A stretch of DNA of 64,000 bases, from positions 23,043 to 87,042 of the forward strand of contig JBIILZ010000002.1 of NCBI GenBank assembly GCA_044338255.1, given 5' to 3'. Numbering within the stretch: the first letter of the stretch is position 1; each line of letters begins with the position of its first letter. Below are positions 53,056 through 62,591 of the stretch, piece by piece. Both the position numbers and the translations under genes were made by a program. The stretch comes from Planctomycetota bacterium. Lineage in GTDB: Bacteria > Planctomycetota > UBA11346. Below the pieces are notes generated by a model. That model had not been told where the DNA came from. It searched no databases and saw only the letters and a list, made by a program, of their open reading frames with translations.

Positions 53056-54140
53056 ATGGCCACTGCACAAGAACCCCCAACTCCCGCCCAGGGCATGAAA
53101 GGCCCAGGCATCTTCCTCGCTCAATTCATGGGCGACGCAGTCCCCTTCAATTCCTGGGTCTCGATCACCAAGTGGGCCGGCTCGCTGGGCTATAAAGGCG
53201 TGCAGGTGCCGTCCTGGGACGGCCGCGCCATGGACCTCGCCAAAGCCGCCACCTCGCAAACCTATTGCGATGAATTGAAGGGTGTCGCCGCCGCCAACGG
53301 CGTCGCCATCACCGAATTGTCGACGCACTTGCAGGGCCAGCTGGTGGCAGTGCATCCGGCCTATGACGAGCAGTTCGATGGCTTAGCCCCGGTCGCGGTG
53401 CGCGGCAATCCCAAGGCGCGCACCGCCTGGCGGTGGAGCAGGTCAAGCTCTGCCTGACCGCGTCCAAGAACCTCGGTCTGACCGCAATGCCGTCGTTCAC
53501 CGGCGCGCTCTTGTGGCACACCATGTACCCCTGGCCACAGCGCCCGGCCGGCCTGGTCGAGGAAGGTTTTGCCGAACTCGCACGGCGCTGGACGCCGATC
53601 CTCGATCACGCCGAAACCTGTGGCGTCGATGTCGCCTGGGAAGTCCACCCTGGCGAAGACGTCCATGATGGCGCCTCGCTGGAAATGATGCTCGCCGCCC
53701 TCAAGAGCCACCCGCGTGCGAACATCCTCTACGATCCTTCGCATCTCGTTCTGCAGGGCATGGATTACAGCGCCTACATCGATCACTATCATGAACGTAT
53801 CAAGTGCTTCCATGTGAAGGACGCGGAGTTCCGCCCGAATGGGCGAGTCGGCGCCTACGGTGGTTATCAAAGCTGGAAGGATCGCGCCGGTCGTTTCCGC
53901 TCGCTGGGTGACGGCCAGACCGACTTCTCGCGCATCTTCTCACAGCTGACCCAGTACGGTTACGAAGGCTGGGCGGTGCTCGAATGGGAATGCTGCCTGA
54001 AGGATCCTGTGCAAGGCGCTCAGGAAGGGGCCCCCTTCATCGCCAAGCACCTCATCTCTCCTGCCGCCAAGGCTTTTGATGACTTCGCCGGCAGCGCCCC
54101 GGATCAGAAGCAGCTCCAACGCATACTTGGCATCTCTTAG
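53056..54140 (+). pseudogene. xylose-isomerase-like TIM-barrel (sugar phosphate isomerase/epimerase) gene interrupted by a 1-nt frameshift
   Basis: Two ORFs, 53056..53457 and 53433..54140, read as one protein if a single G is added in gcctgg^cggtggag (about 53430): ...RGNPKARTAW(A)VEQVKLCLTASKNLGL... The second part has the AP-endonuclease-2/xylose-isomerase-like pattern (WEVHPGE...YDPSHL...HVKD...LEWE). Confidence 0.75.
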
Positions 54141-54175
54141 TCAATCTTTCCTTCGTCCTCGTGGCCGTTTTTTTT

Positions 54176-54210
54176 AAACAGGTTTGGAAAACCAAACCTG
54201 TTTTATTTAT
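54176..54210. terminator. hairpin terminator (aaacaggtttgg aaaa ccaaacctgttt) with flanking T/A runs
   Basis: Perfect 12-bp stem, preceded by tttttttt and followed by tatttatt. It could act for the upstream + strand gene. Confidence 0.6.
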
Positions 54211-54323
54211 TAATGTCCTGCAACCTTTGCACCACTAAGCACGAACGGCTCAATTATTCCGGTTTTTTTGTTGGTGTTTGATCGAGCGTACTCATACTTG
54301 TGTATAGTTGTCACGGGTTCAAC

Positions 54324-54352
54324 TTGCCACCCAACAAAAGATTGGGTATAAA
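54324..54352 (+). promoter_or_regulatory. candidate sigma-70-type promoter for the HU-like gene
   Basis: TTGCCA (54324-54329), a 17-nt spacer, then TATAAA (54347-54352), within an AT-rich intergenic region. It would give a leader of about 160 nt containing the 17-mer array. Confidence 0.4.
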
Positions 54353-54370
54353 TCTCCAACAAAACGCACA

Positions 54371-54489
54371 GCCGCTGATCCTGACTAGCCCCTGATCCTA
54401 ATCCGCCCCAGTTCCTGATTCGCCCCTGTTACTGATTCGCCCCTGTTCCTGATTCGCCCCTGATCCTAATCCGCCCTTGATGATGATGC
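54371..54489 (+). repeat. 17-nt tandem repeat x7 (consensus GCCCCTGWTCCTGATTC)
   Basis: Units read directly at 54371, 54388, 54405, 54422, 54439, 54456 and 54473. The array ends 27 nt before the HU-like ATG. Confidence 0.95.
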
Positions 54490-54515
54490 TTCGATACCGC
54501 CGCTGAGGAAACGCC

Positions 54516-54863
54516 ATGACTGAACCCACTCCGACCACGACCCACGACGAACCGAATACCACCATCACCAAGCGCGAGATCGCCGAGCGTATCGCCGATC
54601 GCCTTAATCTCGGGCAGATTCAGGCCTTATCGGTGATCCAGGCGTTTCTGGATGAGATCGTGGTTGAATTATCGGCCGGCAACCGCCTTGAATTCCGCGA
54701 TTTCGGAGTTTTCGAAACGGTTACACGCAAAGCGCGTACGGCATTGAACCCCAAAACCTTGGAAAAGGTTCCCGTGCGCCGTCGGCGGGTCGTCAAATTC
54801 AAGGTCGGGCGGCTTTTAAAACAAAAGGTCGTCGATCTCCCACCAGATCCTCCTGCTGCCTAA
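54516..54863 (+). CDS. HU/IHF-family DNA-binding protein with N- and C-terminal extensions
   Basis: TKREIAERIADRLNLGQIQALSVIQAFLDEIVVELSAGNRLEFRDFGVFETVTRKARTALNPKTLEKVPVRRRRVVKFKVGRLLK is the canonical HU fold pattern (R-N-P-x-T arm). Confidence 0.88.
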   Translation: MTEPTPTTTHDEPNTTITKREIAERIADRLNLGQIQALSVIQAFLDEIVVELSAGNRLEFRDFGVFETVTRKARTALNPKTLEKVPVRRRRVVKFKVGRLLKQKVVDLPPDPPAA

Positions 54864-55029
54864 GGAGATCGTCAACCCCACTCACGCATCAGGTGGTCGT
54901 GCTTCCCTCATGCACTCACGCCTGGTTCGGTAAGGACTCCTAACTCGGAGTGGGCTCCGAGGTGGCCAGCTGTGAATCGTTTGCGCCCAGCGCCAGCTGA
55001 CCACGATCCTGCGCCTCGGAGATGCACGC

Positions 55030-56331
55030 ATGAAGGTCCTGGTTATCGGTAATGGCGGTCGCGAACACGCCCTGGCCTGGAAATTGAAGAACAGCCCGCG
55101 TGTCGAGCAGGTCTTCATCGCCCCCGGCAATCCCGGCATGGCGGCCCTCGGCACCCTGGTCCCCATCGCGCCGACCGAAATCGACCAGATCGTCGCCTTC
55201 GCCGTCAAAACCGCCATCGATCTCACCGTCGTCGGACCGGAAGTACCCCTCTGCCTGGGTCTGACCGACGCCTTGAAGGCCAAGGGGCTCAAGGTTTTCG
55301 GGCCGAGCCGGGCCGCCGCCAAGCTCGAAGGCTCGAAGGTCGAGATGAAGGAATTCCTGCGCCGGCACAACATTCCCACCGCTCAATTCAAGGTCTTCGG
55401 TAAATCCGTCGACGCCCTCGCCTATCTCGATGAAGTCGGCGCCCCGATCGTGGTCAAAGCCGATGGCCTAGCCGCCGGCAAGGGCGTGACCGTCGCCAAG
55501 ACCGTTGAAGAAGCCAAGGACGCGGTCATCCGCATCATGGACAAACATGAATTCGGCAAGGAAGCCGGACGGCAGATCATCATCGAAGAAGTCCTCCGCG
55601 GCGAAGAAATCTCGGTTTTCGCCCTCTGCGATGGCCACAACGCCGTGCTCCTCGACTACGTCCAGGATCACAAGCAGATCCGCGATGGCGACGAAGGTCC
55701 GATGACCGGTGGCATGGGCACCTTCTCACCGGTCCCCGGCTTGATGAAACCCCGCGACGAGGACGAACTCGTGCGCCGCATCGTGGTCCCGACCATGAGC
55801 GGCCTGGTCAAGGAAGACCGGCCTTATGTCGGAGTTCTGTTCATCGGCCTGATGCTCGCTGACGGCGGGCCCAAGGTCCTGGAATACAACGTCCGCTTCG
55901 GCGACCCCGAATGCCAGGCGCTGATGCTGCGCCTGGGCAGCGATCTGGTCAATGTCCTGCTCGCCTGCGTCGACGGCACCCTCGATCAGCAGGAAGTCGC
56001 CTGGGATCCGCGCGTCAGCGTCTGCGTCACCCTCGCCAGTGGCGGGTATCCCGGGGCCTATGCCACCGGCCTGCCCATCACCGGCATCGCCGAGGCGGAA
56101 AAGACCGGCGCCATCGTCTTCCACGCCGGTACCGCCGAAGACAAGAACAAGCGTCTGGTGACCGCCGGTGGACGCGTGCTGTCAGTGTGCGCGTATGGCA
56201 AGAACATCGATGAAGCGCGGACCAAGGCCTATGCCGCCTGCGACCTGATCCACTTCGAGGGCAAGCAGTGCCGCCGCGACATCGGCAAGCGTCGCGAAGC
56301 CCGCAAACCCCAAGGCGCCACGACCCCGTGA
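55030..56331 (+). CDS. purD: phosphoribosylamine--glycine ligase
   Basis: MKVLVIGNGGREHALAWKL...VVKADGLAAGKGV...GPKVLEYNVRFGDPE... Confidence 0.95.
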   Translation: MKVLVIGNGGREHALAWKLKNSPRVEQVFIAPGNPGMAALGTLVPIAPTEIDQIVAFAVKTAIDLTVVGPEVPLCLGLTDALKAKGLKVFGPSRAAAKLEGSKVEMKEFLRRHNIPTAQFKVFGKSVDALAYLDEVGAPIVVKADGLAAGKGVTVAKTVEEAKDAVIRIMDKHEFGKEAGRQIIIEEVLRGEEISVFALCDGHNAVLLDYVQDHKQIRDGDEGPMTGGMGTFSPVPGLMKPRDEDELVRRIVVPTMSGLVKEDRPYVGVLFIGLMLADGGPKVLEYNVRFGDPECQALMLRLGSDLVNVLLACVDGTLDQQEVAWDPRVSVCVTLASGGYPGAYATGLPITGIAEAEKTGAIVFHAGTAEDKNKRLVTAGGRVLSVCAYGKNIDEARTKAYAACDLIHFEGKQCRRDIGKRREARKPQGATTP

Positions 56332-56795
56332 GCTCCGCTGCGGTATCCAGTCCGCGCCGCGTGCTCTGCGTCTGCAGCGGCAACACCTGTCGCAGCCCGA
56401 TGCTCGAAACCCTGCTGCGGGCCGCACTCGTCAACGTCCAGCGCAGTGATGTCGAGGTCAGCAGCGCCGGTACCGGAGCCGCTATCGGCGAGCCGGCGAG
56501 CAGCGGTGCGCAACGCGCGATGCAGCGCCGCGGCCTGAGCCTGGCGCAACATCAGAGCCGCCCCCTGCGCACGCTCCAGCTCGGCCAATTCGAGCAGTTC
56601 TGGTGCATGACGCCGGCCCATGCCACGGTACTGCGGCACCTCGGCGTGCCCGACGCCGCCGTCCACGTGGTCAACGCCGCCGGTGGTGGCGTCCCGGATC
56701 CCTTCGGTGGCGACGACGACGATTACGAGGCCTGCGCCACGGTTCTGGAACTTGCCGCCCGCGAGCTCACCGACATTTTTTCTGCACGGATGTAA
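56328..56795 (+). CDS. low-molecular-weight protein-tyrosine phosphatase family protein
   Basis: VLCVCSGNTCRSPM (CX5R P-loop) and a downstream DPFGG (Asp loop). GTG start overlaps the purD stop (GTGA). Confidence 0.8.
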   Translation: MSSAAVSSPRRVLCVCSGNTCRSPMLETLLRAALVNVQRSDVEVSSAGTGAAIGEPASSGAQRAMQRRGLSLAQHQSRPLRTLQLGQFEQFWCMTPAHATVLRHLGVPDAAVHVVNAAGGGVPDPFGGDDDDYEACATVLELAARELTDIFSARM

Positions 56796-56798
56796 GAT

Positions 56799-57395
56799 AT
56801 GACCACCTCAGCCGTAGCCTTCGCAAAAGCACGACTCCTGATCGATGCCGCGCATGCCGGCGATCCGCAGGCGGTCAACAGCGCCCCGGCCGAACTGCTT
56901 TATGCCGACGCCATGGAGCACTGGCTCGAACGCCTGCATCCCGATACCAGCCCATTGCTGCGCTTGGCCGCCCGATGCCAGCACCTCGAGCGCTGGCTGG
57001 TGCCGCGTGACAGCTATCCCCTAGGCAAGGCCGGATACCTCACCTGGCGCAGGGGGCTCTACGTGCGCCAAGCCGAACGGGCGCAAGCCCTGCTCATCGA
57101 AGGTGGCGTCAGCGCCGAGGAAGCCGCCGAGGTCCGCACCTGGGTCTCGAAGACCGACCTCAACCGCAATCCCGGCTCGCAAGCCCTCGAAGACGCCGCC
57201 TGCCTAGTGTTCCTCGCCCAGGAGATCAGCAGCTTCGCCGCCACGCATGCCGATTATCCGGCCGAGAAATTCATCGACATCATCCGCAAGACCTGGCGCA
57301 AGATGAGCGAGCGGGGACATGAGCTGGCCTTGACCATCCCCCTGCCGCCGGCGATCGCGAATCTCGTCACGCAGGCTCTAACCCCCGCCAGCTGA
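56799..57395 (+). CDS. DUF4202-like protein
   Basis: LAARCQHLERWLVPRDSYPLGKAGYLTWRRGL...ACLVFL... resembles the DUF4202 pattern from memory. Function unknown. Confidence 0.45.
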   Translation: MTTSAVAFAKARLLIDAAHAGDPQAVNSAPAELLYADAMEHWLERLHPDTSPLLRLAARCQHLERWLVPRDSYPLGKAGYLTWRRGLYVRQAERAQALLIEGGVSAEEAAEVRTWVSKTDLNRNPGSQALEDAACLVFLAQEISSFAATHADYPAEKFIDIIRKTWRKMSERGHELALTIPLPPAIANLVTQALTPAS

Positions 57396-58191
57396 AATCG
57401 GGAAGCAGTCGCCGCAAACGACCGGAGTCGATGCCGCGGCGCGGCACGTCGCTGCCATCCCCGCGCAGCCTGGCCGGCACCCCTGCCAACGCCGCCTGAT
57501 GTTCGTAATAGGCGCGCACCGTCAGCTGCTGTGGGGCGGCGGCATTGAGGACACCACGCGCTTTCTCCGCGGCTTCATTGCCGCGCGATTTTCGCGCGGC
57601 GTCATTGCCGAGTAGAAAATGTTCGCACAGATCGGCGAGGTCGGCCTCGTGAAGGAATGAGAACGGGCGCTCGACGTCACCCTTGACCAGGACCTCGCCT
57701 CCGTTGGCTGCGCGCAGCCGTTCACGGGTGAAGGTTCGCGTCGGCCCGACCAGGGCCGTGGCGCGCAGGACCACAGCCTGGGCATGCTCGTCCAGGGCGA
57801 CCTCGATGGCGCGCAAGGCGCTAGCTTCCGGGGTCTCGGCGAGCGCTCCGGCTTCATCGACCAGGGCCCCGGCAGCGTCGCCGTACAACGAGGTCGTACC
57901 GGTGTAGACGACCCGTGCCGTCGCGTAGCGCGTAGCGATCAGCTGCGCCATCGCCAGCAGGCCGTTGTCTCGGCCGCGACGAATCCCGGGGTTAGCGGCG
58001 AGCAGCACCGCGTCCATCGGCGGAAGGTCGGCATGCACACTGGACTGAGCGGCATCGCCGATGAGCAGCTGGACTCCGGCACTGACCGGCCCCGGCGTGC
58101 GCCGGATGCCCACCACCGTATGACCGGCCGCCAGCAACCGCTGGGCGACGAGGTCACCGATCACACCGTAGCCGCAGATTAGGATTCGCAT
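57367..58191 (-). CDS. NAD(P)-binding Rossmann-fold (epimerase/dehydratase-like) protein
   Basis: MRILICGYGVIGDLVAQRLLAAGHTVVGIRR is an N-terminal GxGxxG fold. The remainder is atypical-SDR-like. Confidence 0.6.
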   Translation of the reverse strand: MRILICGYGVIGDLVAQRLLAAGHTVVGIRRTPGPVSAGVQLLIGDAAQSSVHADLPPMDAVLLAANPGIRRGRDNGLLAMAQLIATRYATARVVYTGTTSLYGDAAGALVDEAGALAETPEASALRAIEVALDEHAQAVVLRATALVGPTRTFTRERLRAANGGEVLVKGDVERPFSFLHEADLADLCEHFLLGNDAARKSRGNEAAEKARGVLNAAAPQQLTVRAYYEHQAALAGVPARLRGDGSDVPRRGIDSGRLRRLLPDFSWRGLEPA

Positions 58192-58268
58192 GTCGCCATG
58201 CTCTCGGCAGCGGGCAATTTCGCCAGCCGCTTAGCAAAAATGGAGCTGATTACCAGGAATGCAGTTGG

Positions 58269-59588
58269 TTACCAGGAATGCAGCTGGTCCATGACCGTTT
58301 TCGCCTGGTCGGCATCCTGGCGCAAAACGTAGGTATGACGCAGATCGATGGCGGTGTTGAAGGCGGTCAGCAGTGCCGAATGGCGGGTGACGTTTTCGAC
58401 CAGGGGCCGCCCGAGCACGCGGCGCTCGCAGAGCAGCTGGGTACCCTCGGGATTGGCGGCCGAGGCCAGCTTGGTGAACACCTGCCGGGAATGACGGCGG
58501 AAGACCGCGCAGCCCGCCGCCTGCAGGCCCTCGAACAAGGTGTCGGACAGCAGATTCTCCTGGGTATCAAGTCCCAGGCGTTCGCGCAGTACCAGCTTGG
58601 CGGGCTCGCGATCGAGGATCCGGCGGCTCCATTGCCCGCCGTTGACGCGCGCAGCATGCAAGGCGCTGATCAGGTGGTCATCGCGCAGCTCGACCAGATC
58701 CGCCAGGCCGCGCGCCAAGGGCAGCGTGACCTCGCCGGCAGCGATGGCGCGGTCGAGGTAGTACTCGAACGCCGGCGGCGTCTTGTGAAAATAGACCTGC
58801 AGGAACAGGTGGTAACGCGCCAGGAGCAAACCTTCGAGGGCGTGCACGCCATGCACATCCATGCCCAGCACCGGCTGGCCGTCGCTGCCGCGCACGATCT
58901 GCTCGCAGGCGATCAGGCGCTGGAGATCGTAGATGCCGTAGGTGACGCCGGCGAAATGCGAATCGCGCAGCAGATAATCGCAGCGATCGCTATCGATCTC
59001 GCCGCTAACCAGCGCCCGAAGGATGCCCACCACCGGGCCGAGCGCAGAAAACCGCCGGCTGCGGCGGATGCTCGGCGAAAGGATCGCGCACAGATCGCGG
59101 GCGAGGTCTTCATCGAGGACCCCTTCGGCGATCAGTCCGTGGATCACCGCCAGCGAGAAGTCTTCGTGGGTCGCTTGGCGCGCGCTCGGTTGCTGCCCCT
59201 TGCGGTACCAGTCGGCGGGCAGCCGCGCACATTCGACGGCGGGGAAAAATGCCTCAGCGGTGTGGCTGAACGGGGCGTGACCGACATCGTGCAGCAACCC
59301 GGCAAAACGCGCCAAGCGGTAAGCGTACTGCAGATCGGCGGCGGAGAATTCCGCGAGCTGCCGGGCCTCGACCAGGCGTTGAAAGCGCGCCCCGGCGAGG
59401 TGCATGACGCCCAGTGAATGCTGGAAGCGATCATGCACCGCCCCGGGATAGACCAGGCTGACGAAGCCCAGCTGGCGGATGTGCCGCAAGCGCTGGACCC
59501 ACGGATGATCGACCACCTGGCGTTCGTCTTCGCTGATGATGATGGTGCGATGAATGGGATCACGGATCTCGTAGGTGGCGGCACTCAT
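58269..59588 (-). CDS. HD-domain dNTP triphosphohydrolase-like protein
   Basis: IRDPIHRTIIISEDERQVVDHPWVQRLRHIRQLG...HDRFQHSLGVMHLA...LLHDVGHAPFSH is the SAMHD1/dGTPase-like HD architecture. Start at ATG 59588. Confidence 0.8.
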   Translation of the reverse strand: MSAATYEIRDPIHRTIIISEDERQVVDHPWVQRLRHIRQLGFVSLVYPGAVHDRFQHSLGVMHLAGARFQRLVEARQLAEFSAADLQYAYRLARFAGLLHDVGHAPFSHTAEAFFPAVECARLPADWYRKGQQPSARQATHEDFSLAVIHGLIAEGVLDEDLARDLCAILSPSIRRSRRFSALGPVVGILRALVSGEIDSDRCDYLLRDSHFAGVTYGIYDLQRLIACEQIVRGSDGQPVLGMDVHGVHALEGLLLARYHLFLQVYFHKTPPAFEYYLDRAIAAGEVTLPLARGLADLVELRDDHLISALHAARVNGGQWSRRILDREPAKLVLRERLGLDTQENLLSDTLFEGLQAAGCAVFRRHSRQVFTKLASAANPEGTQLLCERRVLGRPLVENVTRHSALLTAFNTAIDLRHTYVLRQDADQAKTVMDQLHSW

Positions 59589-59603
59589 TAGGTCCAAATA
59601 AAC

Positions 59604-61283
59604 CTATTTTTTATCAGAAGTCAAGCGCACCAGCCACACCTCATCGACGGTGCCGGCGGGCAGGGACATGCTCAGGCGACCTTCGCCATCGGCGGTCAGG
59701 CTCTGCACTGGCCCACGTTCGCCGGTGATCTGGCTGGCGGGAGTCAGCGCGTAGACGCGACCGGGCAGAAAACCGCCCAGGCGCACCGGCTGGGCGACCC
59801 CCAGCCCGTGGCGTGGCGTGCCTTTGATCAGCGCCTGATGCCAGGTGTCGCTGCGCACCTGCGGCCAGAGCAGGGCCTGGCGGGGCGAAGCCCAACCGAG
59901 GACGCGCAACGCGCCGCCTTCGTTGGGTGACAAGGGTGCCAACTCCGGATCGTTGATATCGAGCTCGGCGATGAGTTGGGCGAAGACCCCATAGACCGGC
60001 CACAGGTGGTGCGCGTCGAGGTACACATCCCACCACCAGTTCATCCCCCCACCGCAGCCGCCCAGCAAGAAACCCGCCCAGAGCTGTTGACGCAGCAGAA
60101 TGCCCGTAGGATCGAGGTCATTGCCTGGGTTTTGCGCGGTCGAACCCTGGTAGCCGACTTCGCCCAGCAGCCACGGGCGGATCTCGCCATGGGCACCGGT
60201 CTGACTGGCCTGCAGCGCGGCGGGGATGAGCATGCCCACGCCATCACGGGTCGCGGCCTTCACGGCTTCGGTCTCTTCGATCCATTCGAGGACATAGCTG
60301 TGCAGTTGGACGATATCGATCGCCGGCGAGGCCATGGCTCTCGGCCAATCCCCGCCGCACCAGCTAACGGTGTGCAGGCGTTGATCGACATCGTATTCCT
60401 TGAGCTTGGCCATCGCCGCTTCGAGCCAGGGAATAGCGCGCTCGCGCACGGGCATCGCCAAGTCGGCTTCGTTAATCAGCTCAAAGGCTAGGATCGTGTC
60501 GTCCGCGCCCCAGCGCGCCAGGCAGTAGCGCAGTCGGCGCTCCCAGGCGGCTGGCGGTGGCACGCTGAAGAAATAATCCTGGCGGGCCACGACATTATCG
60601 CCGTAAGGGAACGGCACGCCTTGCAGTACGTCGTGATGATTATCGAGGACCAGGGTCACGCGCACGCCGGCGGCGCGGGCGGCGGCTAGAACGCCATCCA
60701 GCTGCTCGGCACGCTCGAGGCGAAACGCATCCGGCTGGGCACTTTCCAGCCCCAGGCTCCAGGTCGCCATCCAGATGCGCGTGTGATTGCCGTGATGTGC
60801 GCGCAAGGTCGCAAACGACTTCTGGAAGCCCGCCAGCGGATCGCCATCGACCCAAGCGATATTGGGGCCCACGGGCACGAACGGCGTGCCATCGGCCCAT
60901 GCCAGGAAGCGCCGATTGCGGGGATTGATCATCAACGGCCCGCGCGGGTTGCTGCCGATAGTGACGGTGAACTGGCCCTCAAGCGCACTGGCGGCGCCAC
61001 CCGGTTCGAGCAGCTTCCAACGATAGTTACCGGGCTGGCGAGCCACGTGACGGACCTGCAGCCGGGTGAGGGTCTGGAACGCCGGACGATAGGTGACCTG
61101 GCCGTTGGGAGCGGTGATCTTCAACTGCGGGGTACGGCTGACATCGGTGGTCGACCACGCCGCGGGCGTGGCAGTGAGGGTCCAGGTCAGCAGATCGCCG
61201 GTGGTCGCAGCGGTGAATTCGGGAGTGACCTCCACGGCTGGGAGCCCGGTCGCGATCAGGATCCACATGAGCCAGCGCATCAT
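59604..61283 (-). CDS. secreted clan GH-A (GH5-like) glycoside hydrolase with N-terminal beta-sandwich domain
   Basis: Signal peptide MMRWLMWILIATGLPA. TIM-barrel motifs include FELINEAD (acid/base NE) and LLGEVGYQG (nucleophile Glu context). Confidence 0.6.
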   Translation of the reverse strand: MMRWLMWILIATGLPAVEVTPEFTAATTGDLLTWTLTATPAAWSTTDVSRTPQLKITAPNGQVTYRPAFQTLTRLQVRHVARQPGNYRWKLLEPGGAASALEGQFTVTIGSNPRGPLMINPRNRRFLAWADGTPFVPVGPNIAWVDGDPLAGFQKSFATLRAHHGNHTRIWMATWSLGLESAQPDAFRLERAEQLDGVLAAARAAGVRVTLVLDNHHDVLQGVPFPYGDNVVARQDYFFSVPPPAAWERRLRYCLARWGADDTILAFELINEADLAMPVRERAIPWLEAAMAKLKEYDVDQRLHTVSWCGGDWPRAMASPAIDIVQLHSYVLEWIEETEAVKAATRDGVGMLIPAALQASQTGAHGEIRPWLLGEVGYQGSTAQNPGNDLDPTGILLRQQLWAGFLLGGCGGGMNWWWDVYLDAHHLWPVYGVFAQLIAELDINDPELAPLSPNEGGALRVLGWASPRQALLWPQVRSDTWHQALIKGTPRHGLGVAQPVRLGGFLPGRVYALTPASQITGERGPVQSLTADGEGRLSMSLPAGTVDEVWLVRLTSDKK

Positions 61284-62461
61284 GGACTTCTTACGGCTTT
61301 GCGCGCCGCCCGTTTAGCCGTGCGCGTGGCGGCGCGGGCGGCGGCGCGCTCGACGGCGGTCTCGGCCACCAAGCGGTACATGTCGAGATAGGCGGGCACC
61401 AGCGCCGCCGGCGCGAGATGAGCGGCCAAGCGCCGGCCGGCGGCGGTGATCTCCTGGCGGTAGTCTGGCTCGGTGAGCAGCCGGCCAACCGCCGCCGCCA
61501 AGTCTTCGGCGGTGCGCGGCGCCCCCACCACGCCGTGCCAACGGATGAGATCGGCCAGACCGCCGACCGGCGGCGCAACCACCGGCACCCCCGCCGAGGC
61601 GGCCTCGATGGCGGCCAGCGGCTGACCTTCGTTACGGCTGGTCATGAGCAACACATCCATCTGCCCGAGGGCCTCGCTGGCGGGAATGAAGCCGGTGAAA
61701 TGCACCCGCAAGCCGAGTTCCGCAGCACGGAATTCGGCCTGCTCGCGCAATTGCCCATCGCCGCAGATCAATCCCTGGACCGGCCGCGTATGCGAGAGCA
61801 CCGCCAGCGTCTCGAGGAACAGATCGATGTCCTTGATCGGCGCCAAGCGCCCGAGGAAGCCCACTACCGGTGTCCGCCGGCGTAACGCCGAGGCCCATTC
61901 GACATGGGCTTGCGGCTTCACCGGCAGCACCGGCACGGGCACGGTATGCCAAGTCGAACGCCGACCGATGCGGAAGCAGCGCGAGAGATCGAGGACCTGC
62001 GACGGGGTCAGGCCGTGATGATGGTGGTTGGCGGCGACAAACTGTTCGAGATGGGTCAGGGCGACGGTCAGCGGATGGCTGAAATAACCGTCCAGGACAT
62101 GGCCATGATAGGTGTGAACGCAGGGCAGGCGCAGCAGGCGGCAGGCGCTACGGCCGAGGAAGCCAGCCTTGGCGGTATGGGTGTGCACGACATCCGGACG
62201 CAGAGCGCGCAAACGCTGGAAGATGGCTTTGAACGCCGTCCAGTCCTCGCGCCAATGCAGGCTGCGGCCAAGCCCGGGAACGACCTCGACGTTGATCCCA
62301 TGGGCTTGCAGCCAGGTGGTGCAATCCGGCTCATCGGCGGCGCAGGTGCCGGTGAGCACGGTGATGCGCTGGCCATGCCGCTGCAACTCGGGCAGCAGGG
62401 CTCCCAGCACACGGACCGGGCCACCATCGTTCAGACGCGCAATGATGTGGATGAGATGCAT
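61280..62461 (-). CDS. GT-B (family 4-like) glycosyltransferase
   Basis: MHLIHIIARLNDGGPVRVL... N-domain, and a C-domain with the EGQPLAAIEAASAGVPVVAPPVGG (E-x7-E-like) motif. Basic Ala/Arg tail. Start trimmed to ATG 62461. Confidence 0.8.
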   Translation of the reverse strand: MHLIHIIARLNDGGPVRVLGALLPELQRHGQRITVLTGTCAADEPDCTTWLQAHGINVEVVPGLGRSLHWREDWTAFKAIFQRLRALRPDVVHTHTAKAGFLGRSACRLLRLPCVHTYHGHVLDGYFSHPLTVALTHLEQFVAANHHHHGLTPSQVLDLSRCFRIGRRSTWHTVPVPVLPVKPQAHVEWASALRRRTPVVGFLGRLAPIKDIDLFLETLAVLSHTRPVQGLICGDGQLREQAEFRAAELGLRVHFTGFIPASEALGQMDVLLMTSRNEGQPLAAIEAASAGVPVVAPPVGGLADLIRWHGVVGAPRTAEDLAAAVGRLLTEPDYRQEITAAGRRLAAHLAPAALVPAYLDMYRLVAETAVERAAARAATRTAKRAARKAVRSP

Positions 62462-62591
62462 ACGAGGCAGGACTAACCTCGCATGCCGTGAGGGCCACAC
62501 AAAGGGTGACTTCGCGGTCGCCGAATTACAGGTCAATCTGCGGTCCAAATCGGCTCTTTGCTATGGCCGAAATCGCCCAGCATAACCCACC

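Noticed and set aside
54371-54489. CRISPR array interpretation for the 17-mer array (and the 12-mer at 29044..29098 and the 13-mer at 41001..41052).
   Set aside because: The repeats are directly abutting with no unique spacers, and the units are far shorter than CRISPR repeats. No cas genes are present.
54864-55029. ZTP (pfl) or other purine-related riboswitch upstream of purD. I noticed GGTCGTG and CGCCTGG strings.
   Set aside because: The two strings are too close together, and the intervening conserved elements (the ACCACCGGGG-type pseudoknot partner and the spacing to CCGCCUGGGC) are missing. I cannot support a riboswitch call without a covariance-model scan.
58250-58287. 19-nt tandem duplication (ttaccaggaatgcagYtgg x2) covering the stop codon and last codons of the HD-domain gene.
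   Set aside because: It is real in the sequence but looks like a trivial slippage duplication in a 3' flank, and I can find no functional implication.
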